A stretch of DNA of 64,000 bases from Oligoflexia bacterium. Lineage in GTDB: Bacteria; Bdellovibrionota; UBA1018; CAIPTA01; JAALKR01. The translations under genes and the position numbers were made by a program. Position 1 is the first letter of the stretch; each line of letters begins with the position of its first letter. The notes under the pieces are model-generated. The model did not search any database. It was not told the DNA's origin and was given only the letters and a program-made list of their open reading frames with translations. Positions 53,625 through 62,320 of the stretch are shown one piece after another. Location: assembly GCA_011087955.1 (NCBI GenBank), contig JAALKR010000009.1, forward strand, positions 2,239 through 66,238. The letters are read 5' to 3'.

Positions 53625-54836
53625 CTAGATTTCTAAGAGGATGCGCGCCGGATCTTCGAGCGCGTTCTTAATATGAACCAAAAATTTTACTGCACCTTCG
53701 CCATCAATAATACGATGGTCATAGGAAAGTGCAATATACATTATGGGGCGAATTTCAACTTTACCGTTGACTGCCACTGGTCGATCCTCGATCTTATGCA
53801 TTCCAAGAATACCACTTTGAGGAGGATTTAAGATTGGCGTAGACATAAGAGAGCCATAAGTCCCACCGTTAGAAATTGTAAATGTGCCGCCAGACATATC
53901 GTCGATCGTTAGCTTGCCATCTCGAGCCTTAAGCGCAGCTGCTTTAATACCTTGCTCGATATCGGCGATTGACATATTTTCGGCGTTCTTTAATACAGGA
54001 ACCACGAGTCCCCGAGGGCTGCCCACTGCAATGCCGATACTGGCATAATCATGGTAGATAATTTCCTCCCCCTCAATAAAGGCGTTTACGGCCGGGTACT
54101 TTTTTAAGGCTTCGATAACGGCTTTCGTAAAGAAACCCATAAAGCCTAAATTTACACTATATTTTTCCTTGAACTTCTCTTTATATTTTGTGCGAAGGAC
54201 TTTTACTTCCGTTAAATCGACTTCATTAAAGGTCGTGAGGATGGCGGCCGTGTGTTGCGCCATTACTAGGCGTTGTGCAATTCGCTTGCGAATCGTCGAC
54301 ATTTTTTCTCGACGATCACTACCTGCACTTTGTGTGGCTGATGTTTTTGCAGCAGGTGCTTTTTCGGCTGGTTGTGTAGGTGATTTCTTTACGGCTGGAG
54401 CAGACTTTGCATGTTGCATAATATCTACTTTCGTTACACGCCCGTCCTTTCCGGTGCCGTTTATTTGGCTTGGATCCATGCTATGCTCGAGTGCTGCATG
54501 TCGAGCTGCTGGGCTCAAATCGTTCAAATCTAGTTTTTCCTCCTCACTATCAAGGGGGGGCGTAATGGGATTATCTGCGTCTGGTAGAGAAGGTGCCGAC
54601 GCGTCCGTATCAATGAACCCGATTGTCGCGCCGATAGCAACCGTAGCCCCGCCTTGCTCTTGAATCTTTAAAACTCCGTCATGCTCCGCTACAACTTCCA
54701 CATTAGCCTTGTCTGTTTCAAGGTTTAGTAAAATCTCATCTCTAGAAATGGTGTCGCCATCTCTTTTTAACCATTCTGCAATAGTTGCCTCATTAATGCT
54801 TTCACCGACGGCTGGGACTTTGATTTCTGCTTTCAT
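53625..54836 (-). CDS. sucB: Dihydrolipoyllysine-residue succinyltransferase (2-oxoglutarate dehydrogenase E2)
   Basis: Lipoyl domain '[16 protein letters not shown]', an Ala/Pro-rich linker, a peripheral subunit-binding domain, and a catalytic domain ending '[10 protein letters not shown]'. Confidence 0.92.
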   Translation of the reverse strand: MKAEIKVPAVGESINEATIAEWLKRDGDTISRDEILLNLETDKANVEVVAEHDGVLKIQEQGGATVAIGATIGFIDTDASAPSLPDADNPITPPLDSEEEKLDLNDLSPAARHAALEHSMDPSQINGTGKDGRVTKVDIMQHAKSAPAVKKSPTQPAEKAPAAKTSATQSAGSDRREKMSTIRKRIAQRLVMAQHTAAILTTFNEVDLTEVKVLRTKYKEKFKEKYSVNLGFMGFFTKAVIEALKKYPAVNAFIEGEEIIYHDYASIGIAVGSPRGLVVPVLKNAENMSIADIEQGIKAAALKARDGKLTIDDMSGGTFTISNGGTYGSLMSTPILNPPQSGILGMHKIEDRPVAVNGKVEIRPIMYIALSYDHRIIDGEGAVKFLVHIKNALEDPARILLEI

Positions 54837-54861
54837 TATTTATCTCCTTACTAAGCTTCCA

Positions 54862-57693
54862 CTATACGAAACAAGCTTTCAGTATCTCTTCTTGCTCTTG
54901 CTTGTGTAAATGAGGGTTGCCAATTGCTGGACTAGCGCGCTCATCACGGCCGATATAACGGAAGCTTAGGTTCGAGGTGCCGTTCTTATACATAAGCTCT
55001 TGTAATTTGGGGGCAATAGAGAAATAGGCTCCCATATTCTTGGGCTCTTCCTGGGCCCAAATTATTTGCTCCAATTTCGTAAAACTCTTTAAAGCTTTAG
55101 TGATCTGTGCACCAGGGAACGGATAGATTTGCTCAATGCGAATGATGGCCGTCTCCTCCTTATTGGCTGCTTTTTCTCTCTCCGCAATGAGGTCATAATA
55201 AAGCTTTCCCGTTAGGAGAACGGCACGCTTCACTTTTCGTGGACCCTCTAGTCTTGGATCCGGTAGCACTTCCTTAAATCCTGCATCCGTAAATTCTTTG
55301 TGTTTTGAAACTACGAGTGGATGTCGTAGGAGAGCTTTCGGTGACATTATTACGAGTGGCTTTCGGAACTCACGCTTTATTTGACGCCGAATTACGTGGA
55401 AAAGCTGTGCCGGAGTCGTAAGATTGCAAACCTGCATATTGTATTGAGCGCATAATTGTAAGAATCGTTCTGGTCTTGCATTGGAGTGTTCCGGGCCTTG
55501 GCCTTCATAACCATGGGGTAAGAGTAAAACTAAACCACTCATACGTTGCCACTTAGACTCTGCACTACAAAGGAACTGGTCAATGATGATTTGCGCACCA
55601 TTAGCAAAATCGCCAAATTGTGCTTCCCAAATGGTAAGCGATCGTGGGTCGATCGTGGAATTACCATATTCGAAACCAAGCACAGCGTACTCGGAAAGCG
55701 GGGAATTCCAAATCGAAAATTCCACTTTCTTAGGGTCCGGACTCAAGGTCGTAATCGGATTGTAGGTCTTACCAGTTTTGGCGTCCGTATAGGTCGCATG
55801 TCGATGGGAGAATGTTCCTCGACACACATCTTGGCCAGTAAAACGAACAGGAAAACTCTCTTGAATGAGTGAACCATAGGCCAAGAGTTCAGCCATTCCC
55901 CAGTCGATCTTTCCACCAGCATCCAGCATCGCTTTTCTTTGGCCAAGGAGTTTTTGTAATTTACGGTGTACGGTAAAAGATTCTGGCACACTTATTAATG
56001 CATTGCCGATGGCATGTAGACGCTCCATTGTAACGGCCGTTTCTACAGGTTTATCAAAATCTTCCGGCTTGCCTCGACGAAGCCCGGTCCAAACACCCTG
56101 AAGTGTATTTACCTCTGGCTTGGCTTGCTCCTGCCGGCTTGCCTCCAATCGAGCTTGTAGACGGTTCATCTCAGCGTCCCATTTTTGCTTTATCTCGGTC
56201 TCAGTTAGTATGCCCTCACTAAGCAACTGCTTGCCGTAAATCTCTTTTGCTGTTGGATGCGTGCGAATTTTTTCATACATAAGCGGTTGAGTGAAGCTTG
56301 GTTCGTCGCCTTCATTGTGGCCATGGCGGCGATAACAAACGAGGTCAATCACAATATCTTTAGCAAACATTTGGCGGAATCGGAGTGCAATATTCATGGC
56401 GCGAATAGATGCCTCGATGTCATCTCCATTCACATGAATTACTGGAGCGTCGATTTGCTTTACTACGTCTGTACAATAATAAGTTGAGCGGGCCTCTTCG
56501 GGGGCAGTTGTAAACCCAACCTGGTTATTGACTACGATATGGACGGTACCGCCGATACAGTAACCTTCGAGTTCTGAAAGTTGAAAAGTTTCAGAAACCA
56601 CGCCCTGACCAATCATGGCGGCATCGCCATGAATAATAATCGGCATTACATGATTACGCTCTTTATCCTGGCGTAGGCGTTGCTTTGCTCGAGTCATGCC
56701 CATCACGACAGGGGCAACGGCTTCCAAGTGACTGGGATTAAAGGCGAGTGAAATATGTACTTTACCATTCTCTGTTTTTTTATCTGCAGAGAATCCCATG
56801 TGGTATTTCACATCACCATCGGCAAAAAACATATTTGGATCATAGCGACCGTCAAACTCCGAGAAAACGACGTCGAGGGCTTTCCCCATAAAATTTGTTA
56901 GCACATTCACTCGACCTCGGTGAGTCATGCCGATGACGATTTCTTCTAGGCCCTCATGCAAGCCATGAGATGTAAATGTCTCTAGCATTGGAATTAGAGC
57001 ATCTGAGCCTTCGATAGAAAATCGTTTCATGCCTACGAAACGGGAAGCAAAGAATTTCTCTAAAGCCTCAGTTCGAACGAGGTCATCGTAGATTTGAATT
57101 TTTTCTTCTTTCGAAAATTTACGAAGCTCACCCTCAAATTCGCGGATTACAAAGGCTCGCATCTCTGACTTCACACCTGCAAATTCCACCGCCATCGTGC
57201 CGCAATAGGCATGCTCCAAATGATCAAGAATTTCCTTCAAGGTGGCGTTTGGCATAGCCACTTTGGAGCCAGCTTTGAATGTGGCGCCCAGGTCCGCTTC
57301 TGAGAGACCAAAATTATTTAAAGCGAGCTCTGGGATTCGGCGTCCACCACGAACAAGTGGGTCGAGGTCCGCTTGATAGTGGCCAATATCCCGGTAGGCA
57401 TTGATTAACGTCTGGGCGCTTAGCTCCTTATTGCCATTAGTGCCAGCTTCAAAAGTGTTGGGGACAGCGGTTGGTGTAGGGGCTGTGGCGGTAAAGCCCG
57501 TGGCGGTGGAGCCCATGCTCGGAATCGGGGTGCCGTTTGGCCCAACTAGGGGAGGGAGCTGGCGTCCAAATTCAACGCCTTCAAAGAAGCGCTTCCATTC
57601 CGGGTCCGCTGCTTCCGGGTTTTCCTGGAATTTTTGAAAAATTTCATCGAGATATTCAGCATTTGCACGGTTTGTGTAGCTAAGGTCGTTCAA
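54862..57693 (-). CDS. sucA: 2-oxoglutarate dehydrogenase E1 component
   Basis: 943 aa, with the N-terminal 'YLDEIFQKFQENP' typical of SucA, the ThDP-binding region 'HGDAAMIGQGVV', 'CYRRHGHNEGDEP' and 'LLPHGYEGQGPEHS'. Confidence 0.93.
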   Translation of the reverse strand: MNDLSYTNRANAEYLDEIFQKFQENPEAADPEWKRFFEGVEFGRQLPPLVGPNGTPIPSMGSTATGFTATAPTPTAVPNTFEAGTNGNKELSAQTLINAYRDIGHYQADLDPLVRGGRRIPELALNNFGLSEADLGATFKAGSKVAMPNATLKEILDHLEHAYCGTMAVEFAGVKSEMRAFVIREFEGELRKFSKEEKIQIYDDLVRTEALEKFFASRFVGMKRFSIEGSDALIPMLETFTSHGLHEGLEEIVIGMTHRGRVNVLTNFMGKALDVVFSEFDGRYDPNMFFADGDVKYHMGFSADKKTENGKVHISLAFNPSHLEAVAPVVMGMTRAKQRLRQDKERNHVMPIIIHGDAAMIGQGVVSETFQLSELEGYCIGGTVHIVVNNQVGFTTAPEEARSTYYCTDVVKQIDAPVIHVNGDDIEASIRAMNIALRFRQMFAKDIVIDLVCYRRHGHNEGDEPSFTQPLMYEKIRTHPTAKEIYGKQLLSEGILTETEIKQKWDAEMNRLQARLEASRQEQAKPEVNTLQGVWTGLRRGKPEDFDKPVETAVTMERLHAIGNALISVPESFTVHRKLQKLLGQRKAMLDAGGKIDWGMAELLAYGSLIQESFPVRFTGQDVCRGTFSHRHATYTDAKTGKTYNPITTLSPDPKKVEFSIWNSPLSEYAVLGFEYGNSTIDPRSLTIWEAQFGDFANGAQIIIDQFLCSAESKWQRMSGLVLLLPHGYEGQGPEHSNARPERFLQLCAQYNMQVCNLTTPAQLFHVIRRQIKREFRKPLVIMSPKALLRHPLVVSKHKEFTDAGFKEVLPDPRLEGPRKVKRAVLLTGKLYYDLIAEREKAANKEETAIIRIEQIYPFPGAQITKALKSFTKLEQIIWAQEEPKNMGAYFSIAPKLQELMYKNGTSNLSFRYIGRDERASPAIGNPHLHKQEQEEILKACFV

Positions 57694-57730
57694 CTTAAAG
57701 GCTCCTTGGGAAAATACACGTTAGCCAGGA

Positions 57731-57780
57731 ATATTTCTCAACTATTCTCAGCTATTTCACTAAAAGTTATCACTATTTAC
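57731..57780. repeat. Five 10-bp phased imperfect repeats (ATATTTCTCA/ACTATTCTCA/GCTATTTCAC/TAAAAGTTAT/CACTATTTAC) in the sucA-rpsR divergent region
   Basis: Read directly. The (C)TATT(T)C/A core recurs with helical 10-bp phasing in four of five units. Confidence 0.4.
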
Positions 57781-57913
57781 ACGATTTTATCAAAGATATT
57801 GAAGGCCTTTAGGAAAAGCGCTGGATTTCTCACTTATCCATGTGGTATTTGACTGCTTTAGTTTTAACGAAAGTTTGTGTATTTCGGGTTTATACACTTT
57901 TTAAGGAGAGATT

Positions 57914-58129
57914 GTGGCGGAAGCAAATTTTATGAAGCGTAAACAGCGCCCACCGCGCGGGATGAGTTTTGATTACCGTGACGTGGAGGTTCTGCAGAGT
58001 TTTTTGAGTCCAGGAGGCCAAATTATAGCGGCGCGCGTATCTCGCTTGAACTCGAAACAACAGCGTCAGTTGGCTAGGGCGGTTAAGCGTGCTCGTAATG
58101 TCGCGCTTTTGCCAAACGGTTTCTATTAA
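57914..58129 (+). CDS. rpsR: 30S ribosomal protein S18
   Basis: '[48 protein letters not shown]' matches the S18 core. GTG 57914 lies 5 nt after AAGGAG. Confidence 0.9.
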   Translation: MAEANFMKRKQRPPRGMSFDYRDVEVLQSFLSPGGQIIAARVSRLNSKQQRQLARAVKRARNVALLPNGFY

Positions 58130-58161
58130 TCCATTCCATTTATTTGAGGAGAGAGCAAGCC

Positions 58162-58479
58162 ATGGGCCTGTTACTGAAAAAAGGCGATTCGGTTCAAGTG
58201 ATCGCAGGGAAAGAAAAGGGCAAAGAAGGCAAAATACTAAAGGTTTATCCGAAGGACTTAAAAGTGCTGGTGGAAGGCTTGAATAAAGTAAAGCGCCACA
58301 CAAAGCCTAGCCAAGCTAATCCGCAGGGCGGAATCGTAGAGAAGGAAGCTAAGCTTGATTACTCTAACTTGTTAGCGGTTGACCCAAAGACAAGCAAGGG
58401 CGGGCGTTTAGGCGTGAAGGAAAAAGACGGCAAAAAAGTGCGCTATTTCCGCAAGTCAGGGTCTGAGCTTAGTTCTTAA
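58162..58479 (+). CDS. rplX: 50S ribosomal protein L24 (KOW domain)
   Basis: Colinear with E. coli L24: '[23 protein letters not shown]', '[15 protein letters not shown]', '[15 protein letters not shown]', '[12 protein letters not shown]'. ATG 58162 is preceded by GAGGAGAG. Confidence 0.88.
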   Translation: MGLLLKKGDSVQVIAGKEKGKEGKILKVYPKDLKVLVEGLNKVKRHTKPSQANPQGGIVEKEAKLDYSNLLAVDPKTSKGGRLGVKEKDGKKVRYFRKSGSELSS

Positions 58480-58515
58480 CAGCAGAGCGTGATGTGACCT
58501 CGGTGTTGCTGACTG

Positions 58516-60564
58516 CTAAGCAGCTTTTTCGGTGTCGCTGATTGCTTGCTCACCTCGAACACGGAAGAGTTTCGTGGCGCCTATGCCTTGTAGCTGAACC
58601 GTATCTTCGCGAAATTCGAATCCAGGTGGCGAGCTGTCCGCTTTTAGTTTTCCAAAATACTGTTCGTCAATCACAATTTCACCGACTTCGGCTTCTGATT
58701 CAATCCCAGCTACTAAGGTAACAAGGCCTCCTTGTGTGTCATAGTGTGCTTGCTCGATTTGTCCCCAAAGGCTTTCATCTACCATGCCATAGGCTACGGC
58801 AATGCGTACATTCGTTTTTCGTTCATGAAAGTGATGGCCAAATCGCTCCCAGTAGATTTGTTTATAATTTAAAAATGGCTCGTGTAGCCTGTCCTCCCGC
58901 GCTAGCAGCACTTGTAATTCTTGATGAAAGGCATGATCAAATTTGGCTAACTCCTGATTTGTTATCTGAAAAGCCATCTCTAGAACTCTTGGACCCATTT
59001 GCTCATCATCGGCAAAGCAGTAGATTGAGCTATCGCCTAAGTTTTTATCGAGGAATGAATATTTAGAGAATACTCGCTCTAGGCTAGAAGACCACATATT
59101 CTGAAACAAGCGCTTTACTCCATAAGGCATCTGACAAGTAGTAAGGGTATGGTTTACAACGTCCATCTTGAGAATAAAGGCTTTGTGACCATGAAGGCCT
59201 TGTTGAGCAAACTTACCAAAGAAAGCGAGTTCTTTTTGCTTTTTTGCATAATCTTCTACCGACAAGAATAACACTACGACTGACAAAAGGTTGATTACAA
59301 CTTGATAGTCCATCCCGGTCATGCCGATGGAACTCATTGGTAGTAGGCTGGAAGAAAATATACCTGAAAGAATTGCAGCAACCGCAAAGGCTTTAGTCAG
59401 AGCAATTAACCGGCCCCTTTGAACGTATTTCCGTTGCATAACAGAGAATTCTGTCATCATCGCGTAGCAGGCTATTGTCAAACAAAGGATTGGAGTTACG
59501 GCAGTTAATCCCAAATCAACTCTTTGTGCAAGCATAGTAAACTTAGGACCTGCGGCGGCGAGACCGCTAAAGAGGCTCACCCCCGAGAGAACAAAGTACA
59601 TATTGGAACGTGTAAGGAGATCTTTGATTACAGCTGGCATACGAATCGTTTCAAGCCAGACGCCAAGCGCGCCGGCAGAAATTAAAACTTTGCTGACACA
59701 AGTTGCGAAATACTGGGCTTCCGGAAAACGGATAAATGTGTGGGAGAAATATAAAGTAGCTCCTGCAAAGTAGATGCTTAACCACAAGTACTCATTATGA
59801 ATTCTTTGCATGCGCATCATCAGAGTCAACATAATAAAGAGTGCTATCGTTTGCATAAACACTGCTAAAGTCGGACGAATATATAAAACAAAGAGTGCAG
59901 CTCTTTGCACTGTGAGATTGTTTGCTACTTCTCCAACTGTTACTCCTCGCTCATACACATGGAGTAGTCCCGGATACATTGTTGATTTTTCCGTCTCCAC
60001 ACGAATCGCTAGCGTGTGTTTGCCGGGTTTAGCTTGCACATGAGTGAGTGGAACCACTATAGGATGTTGGTCATAGCGAATATTGGCAAGGAGTTCCCCG
60101 TCCCAATAAATCGAAGCTCTATGCTTGATCGCGCCCAGAAATAAACTTGGATTGTTTAAAGAGGAACGAATGTCCACGCGCGTGCGGTACCAGAAGGGGC
60201 CTTCTTGCATGCGTTTGCGCGGATAGTATTCCTTGCCCCAACAAGACTTCGCAAGCTGAGCGCTTGCTTTATCAAGCACACGAATATCTCGCGGCATCGG
60301 TACAGCCACTGGACACCAAGTGGAATCATTAAACTCCGCATGAGCGAACTCAGGACGGTCCTTGAGAGTGAGCTTCCAAATGCCGGTAATGTCGGTCTCG
60401 CCTGGTTGTACTCCATGCGTCGACCCTTTAAAAATGCTGAATTCTAGACCTAGGGAAAAGAAGAGTGCGAAGAGCAAAATCGCAAACAAGTAATGCTGTC
60501 GCGATAGTGCCTGCTGCTGAAAAGGTCGAGTCAAAAATTCATATGCTTTTTGAAATAATCCCAT
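58516..60564 (-). CDS. 7TMR-DISM-type membrane receptor with C-terminal class III nucleotidyl cyclase-like domain
   Basis: An N-terminal TM is followed by an extracytoplasmic beta-rich domain ('GIWKLTLKDRPEFAHAEFNDSTWCPVAVP'), then about 7 TM segments. The cytoplasmic domain follows the cyclase-homology pattern ('AFILKMDVVNHT', 'KNLGDSSIYCF', 'VRIAVAYGMVDESLWG', 'DTQGGLVTLVAGIES', 'VQLQGIGATKLFRV'). Confidence 0.6.
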   Translation of the reverse strand: MGLFQKAYEFLTRPFQQQALSRQHYLFAILLFALFFSLGLEFSIFKGSTHGVQPGETDITGIWKLTLKDRPEFAHAEFNDSTWCPVAVPMPRDIRVLDKASAQLAKSCWGKEYYPRKRMQEGPFWYRTRVDIRSSLNNPSLFLGAIKHRASIYWDGELLANIRYDQHPIVVPLTHVQAKPGKHTLAIRVETEKSTMYPGLLHVYERGVTVGEVANNLTVQRAALFVLYIRPTLAVFMQTIALFIMLTLMMRMQRIHNEYLWLSIYFAGATLYFSHTFIRFPEAQYFATCVSKVLISAGALGVWLETIRMPAVIKDLLTRSNMYFVLSGVSLFSGLAAAGPKFTMLAQRVDLGLTAVTPILCLTIACYAMMTEFSVMQRKYVQRGRLIALTKAFAVAAILSGIFSSSLLPMSSIGMTGMDYQVVINLLSVVVLFLSVEDYAKKQKELAFFGKFAQQGLHGHKAFILKMDVVNHTLTTCQMPYGVKRLFQNMWSSSLERVFSKYSFLDKNLGDSSIYCFADDEQMGPRVLEMAFQITNQELAKFDHAFHQELQVLLAREDRLHEPFLNYKQIYWERFGHHFHERKTNVRIAVAYGMVDESLWGQIEQAHYDTQGGLVTLVAGIESEAEVGEIVIDEQYFGKLKADSSPPGFEFREDTVQLQGIGATKLFRVRGEQAISDTEKAA

Positions 60565-60626
60565 GCGTCTAACGTATCGGGTGAAACTTGTTTCTAATGT
60601 ACGCGCCTCCAGGTAGAATGGACTTA

Positions 60627-61841
60627 ATGTTTAAGAAGATTGCAAAAATGTTTGGGAAGGTTGCAAAAACCCTCGTCACTTGTCTTCTCACTTCCCTCAG
60701 TTTTAGCCTGTATGACCCGGTACACGCTGAAATCACGCCGGTAGAAACTGAAATCAAATTCCCAATTCCAAAGTGGACAAGCGCCCCAGCAGTTCAAAGT
60801 GACGTGGCAAAGACTGCGCGCAAGCGTATGGAGTCGATAGCTTTTCCCAAAAAGAACCTCAATCCGGGAAAGCCACCAATTATCACTAATGGCCTAGTCG
60901 TCGTCAAAAATGGTGTTATCCGTTACGAACGCTATGCCAACGGGTATAAATAAGCCAGACCAGCGCCATATCAGTTGGTCCGTATCTAAATCAGTTACAA
61001 ATCTGCTTCTCGGACTAGCAGTCCAAGACGGTAAAGTAAAACTTGAAGAATCGATATGTAACCATTTAAAAATAAAGAAAAAAATCAATGTGAAATTACC
61101 GTTCAGCATGTCACCCAACATAGCTCCGGCCTCGACTGGGTTGAGACATATGAGAAGTCTGATAAGCCCATAGAGTCCGCAGTCCTTGCAATGCTCTACG
61201 GCTCAGGAATGTTAGACGTAGCAAAATTTGTTTTAGACCGCCATAATGTAGAGGCTAAACCGGGCACACGTTGGCGCTATTCATCGGGTGACTCAAATCT
61301 ACTTTCAGCTGTTCTCCAAGGGGCCTATGGCGTCGATTATTTCGCGAAGTTTCCTGAGGAGCGCATCTTCTCACCGCTAGGAATCAAGTCTGCCCTTTGG
61401 GAACAAGACTCTAATGGCGTTGTAATTGGCTCTTCCTACCTCTATATGAGCCCTCGGGATATGGCACGTTTCGGGCTACTGTTCCTAGCAAAAGGCAAAT
61501 GGGGAGATAAACAAATCATCCATCCAGATTGGATCAAATTTTCAACCACACTCAGTCCAGCCATCGCCAATTCGCCACCTTGGAAAAGCCCAGGTGGTCG
61601 CACACCAGAAACCTATGGTGCTCATTGGTGGCTAAATAAAGCGCACCCAAAAACTCCAGAGAAAAAGCCTTGGCCTGATCTCCCTAGCTCTGGCTTTGCA
61701 GCCAAAGGGCATTGGGGGCAGTATATTTTCGTTTTGCCATCACACAATGTCGTGATTGCACGAACTGGTAACGACCGTGGCCCAAGTATGGACCTAAATG
61801 CATTAATTAAATATGCAGTGGAAATGGTAGAAAATGAATAA
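60627..61841 (+). pseudogene. Beta-lactamase-family serine hydrolase (class C/PBP4*-like) interrupted by two compensating frameshifts
   Basis: Family-typical sequence is split over three frames. Frame 0 carries '...GLVVVKNGVIRYERYANGY' (stop at 60951-60953). Frame 1 carries 'KPDQRHISWSVSKSVTNLLLGLAVQDGKV', which includes the SxxK motif. Frame 0 resumes with 'ITVQHVTQHSSGLDW...YSSGDSNLL...GHWGQYIFVLP'. Both shifts map to A-runs (60945-60954; 61068-61084, including an A7 tract). Confidence 0.75.
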
Positions 61842-62226
61842 GAAATGGCGGAAGCGAAGTCTTATGCTCTTCGGAGTTGCCCTTGTCGGACTTCTAGCTT
61901 TTGTGCATATGGCCGGCTCCATGCAAAGTTCTAAATATGACTACATGAAACTTGAAATGTTGCCGCGATTTTCGGCTAAAGAGTTTTGTTCTTGCCTCTA
62001 CGTCGTAGGACAAGAGGAAAAATATTGCCGCAAGTATATCAGCCCGAAGTTCAACTTTGGCGGTGTAATCATTAGGCTTCATTGGCTTGTTTCCACTTAT
62101 ATTGAAGACAAGGGCGCTAATGTTGAAGGCAACGATACCAAAAAGACTATACGAAGCCAGGTGCTTGGTTGGTATAACGCACGCGCCCAGTTTGATTCGG
62201 TATCTGGCTGTCGGCTCCTATTTTAG
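61834..62226 (+). CDS. Hypothetical membrane-anchored protein (130 aa)
   Basis: N-terminal TM 'LMLFGVALVGLLAFV'. The start overlaps the upstream stop region (ATGAATAA). Confidence 0.5.
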   Translation: MNKKWRKRSLMLFGVALVGLLAFVHMAGSMQSSKYDYMKLEMLPRFSAKEFCSCLYVVGQEEKYCRKYISPKFNFGGVIIRLHWLVSTYIEDKGANVEGNDTKKTIRSQVLGWYNARAQFDSVSGCRLLF

Positions 62227-62291
62227 GTAGCATTGCCGGCGCTTATTTCAAACATTCGACTGTGTTCTCTTTGCAAGCTCCTTTCCTTGTG

Positions 62292-62320
62292 AAAGAATCT
62301 TCGCATGCGGAAGATTCTTT
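62292..62320. promoter_or_regulatory. Perfect 11-bp inverted repeat (AAAGAATCTTC-GCATGCG-GAAGATTCTTT) bracketing the mltA start codon
   Basis: Arms at 62292-62302 and 62310-62320 are exact reverse complements. ATG 62305-62307 sits in the 7-nt spacer. Confidence 0.5.
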
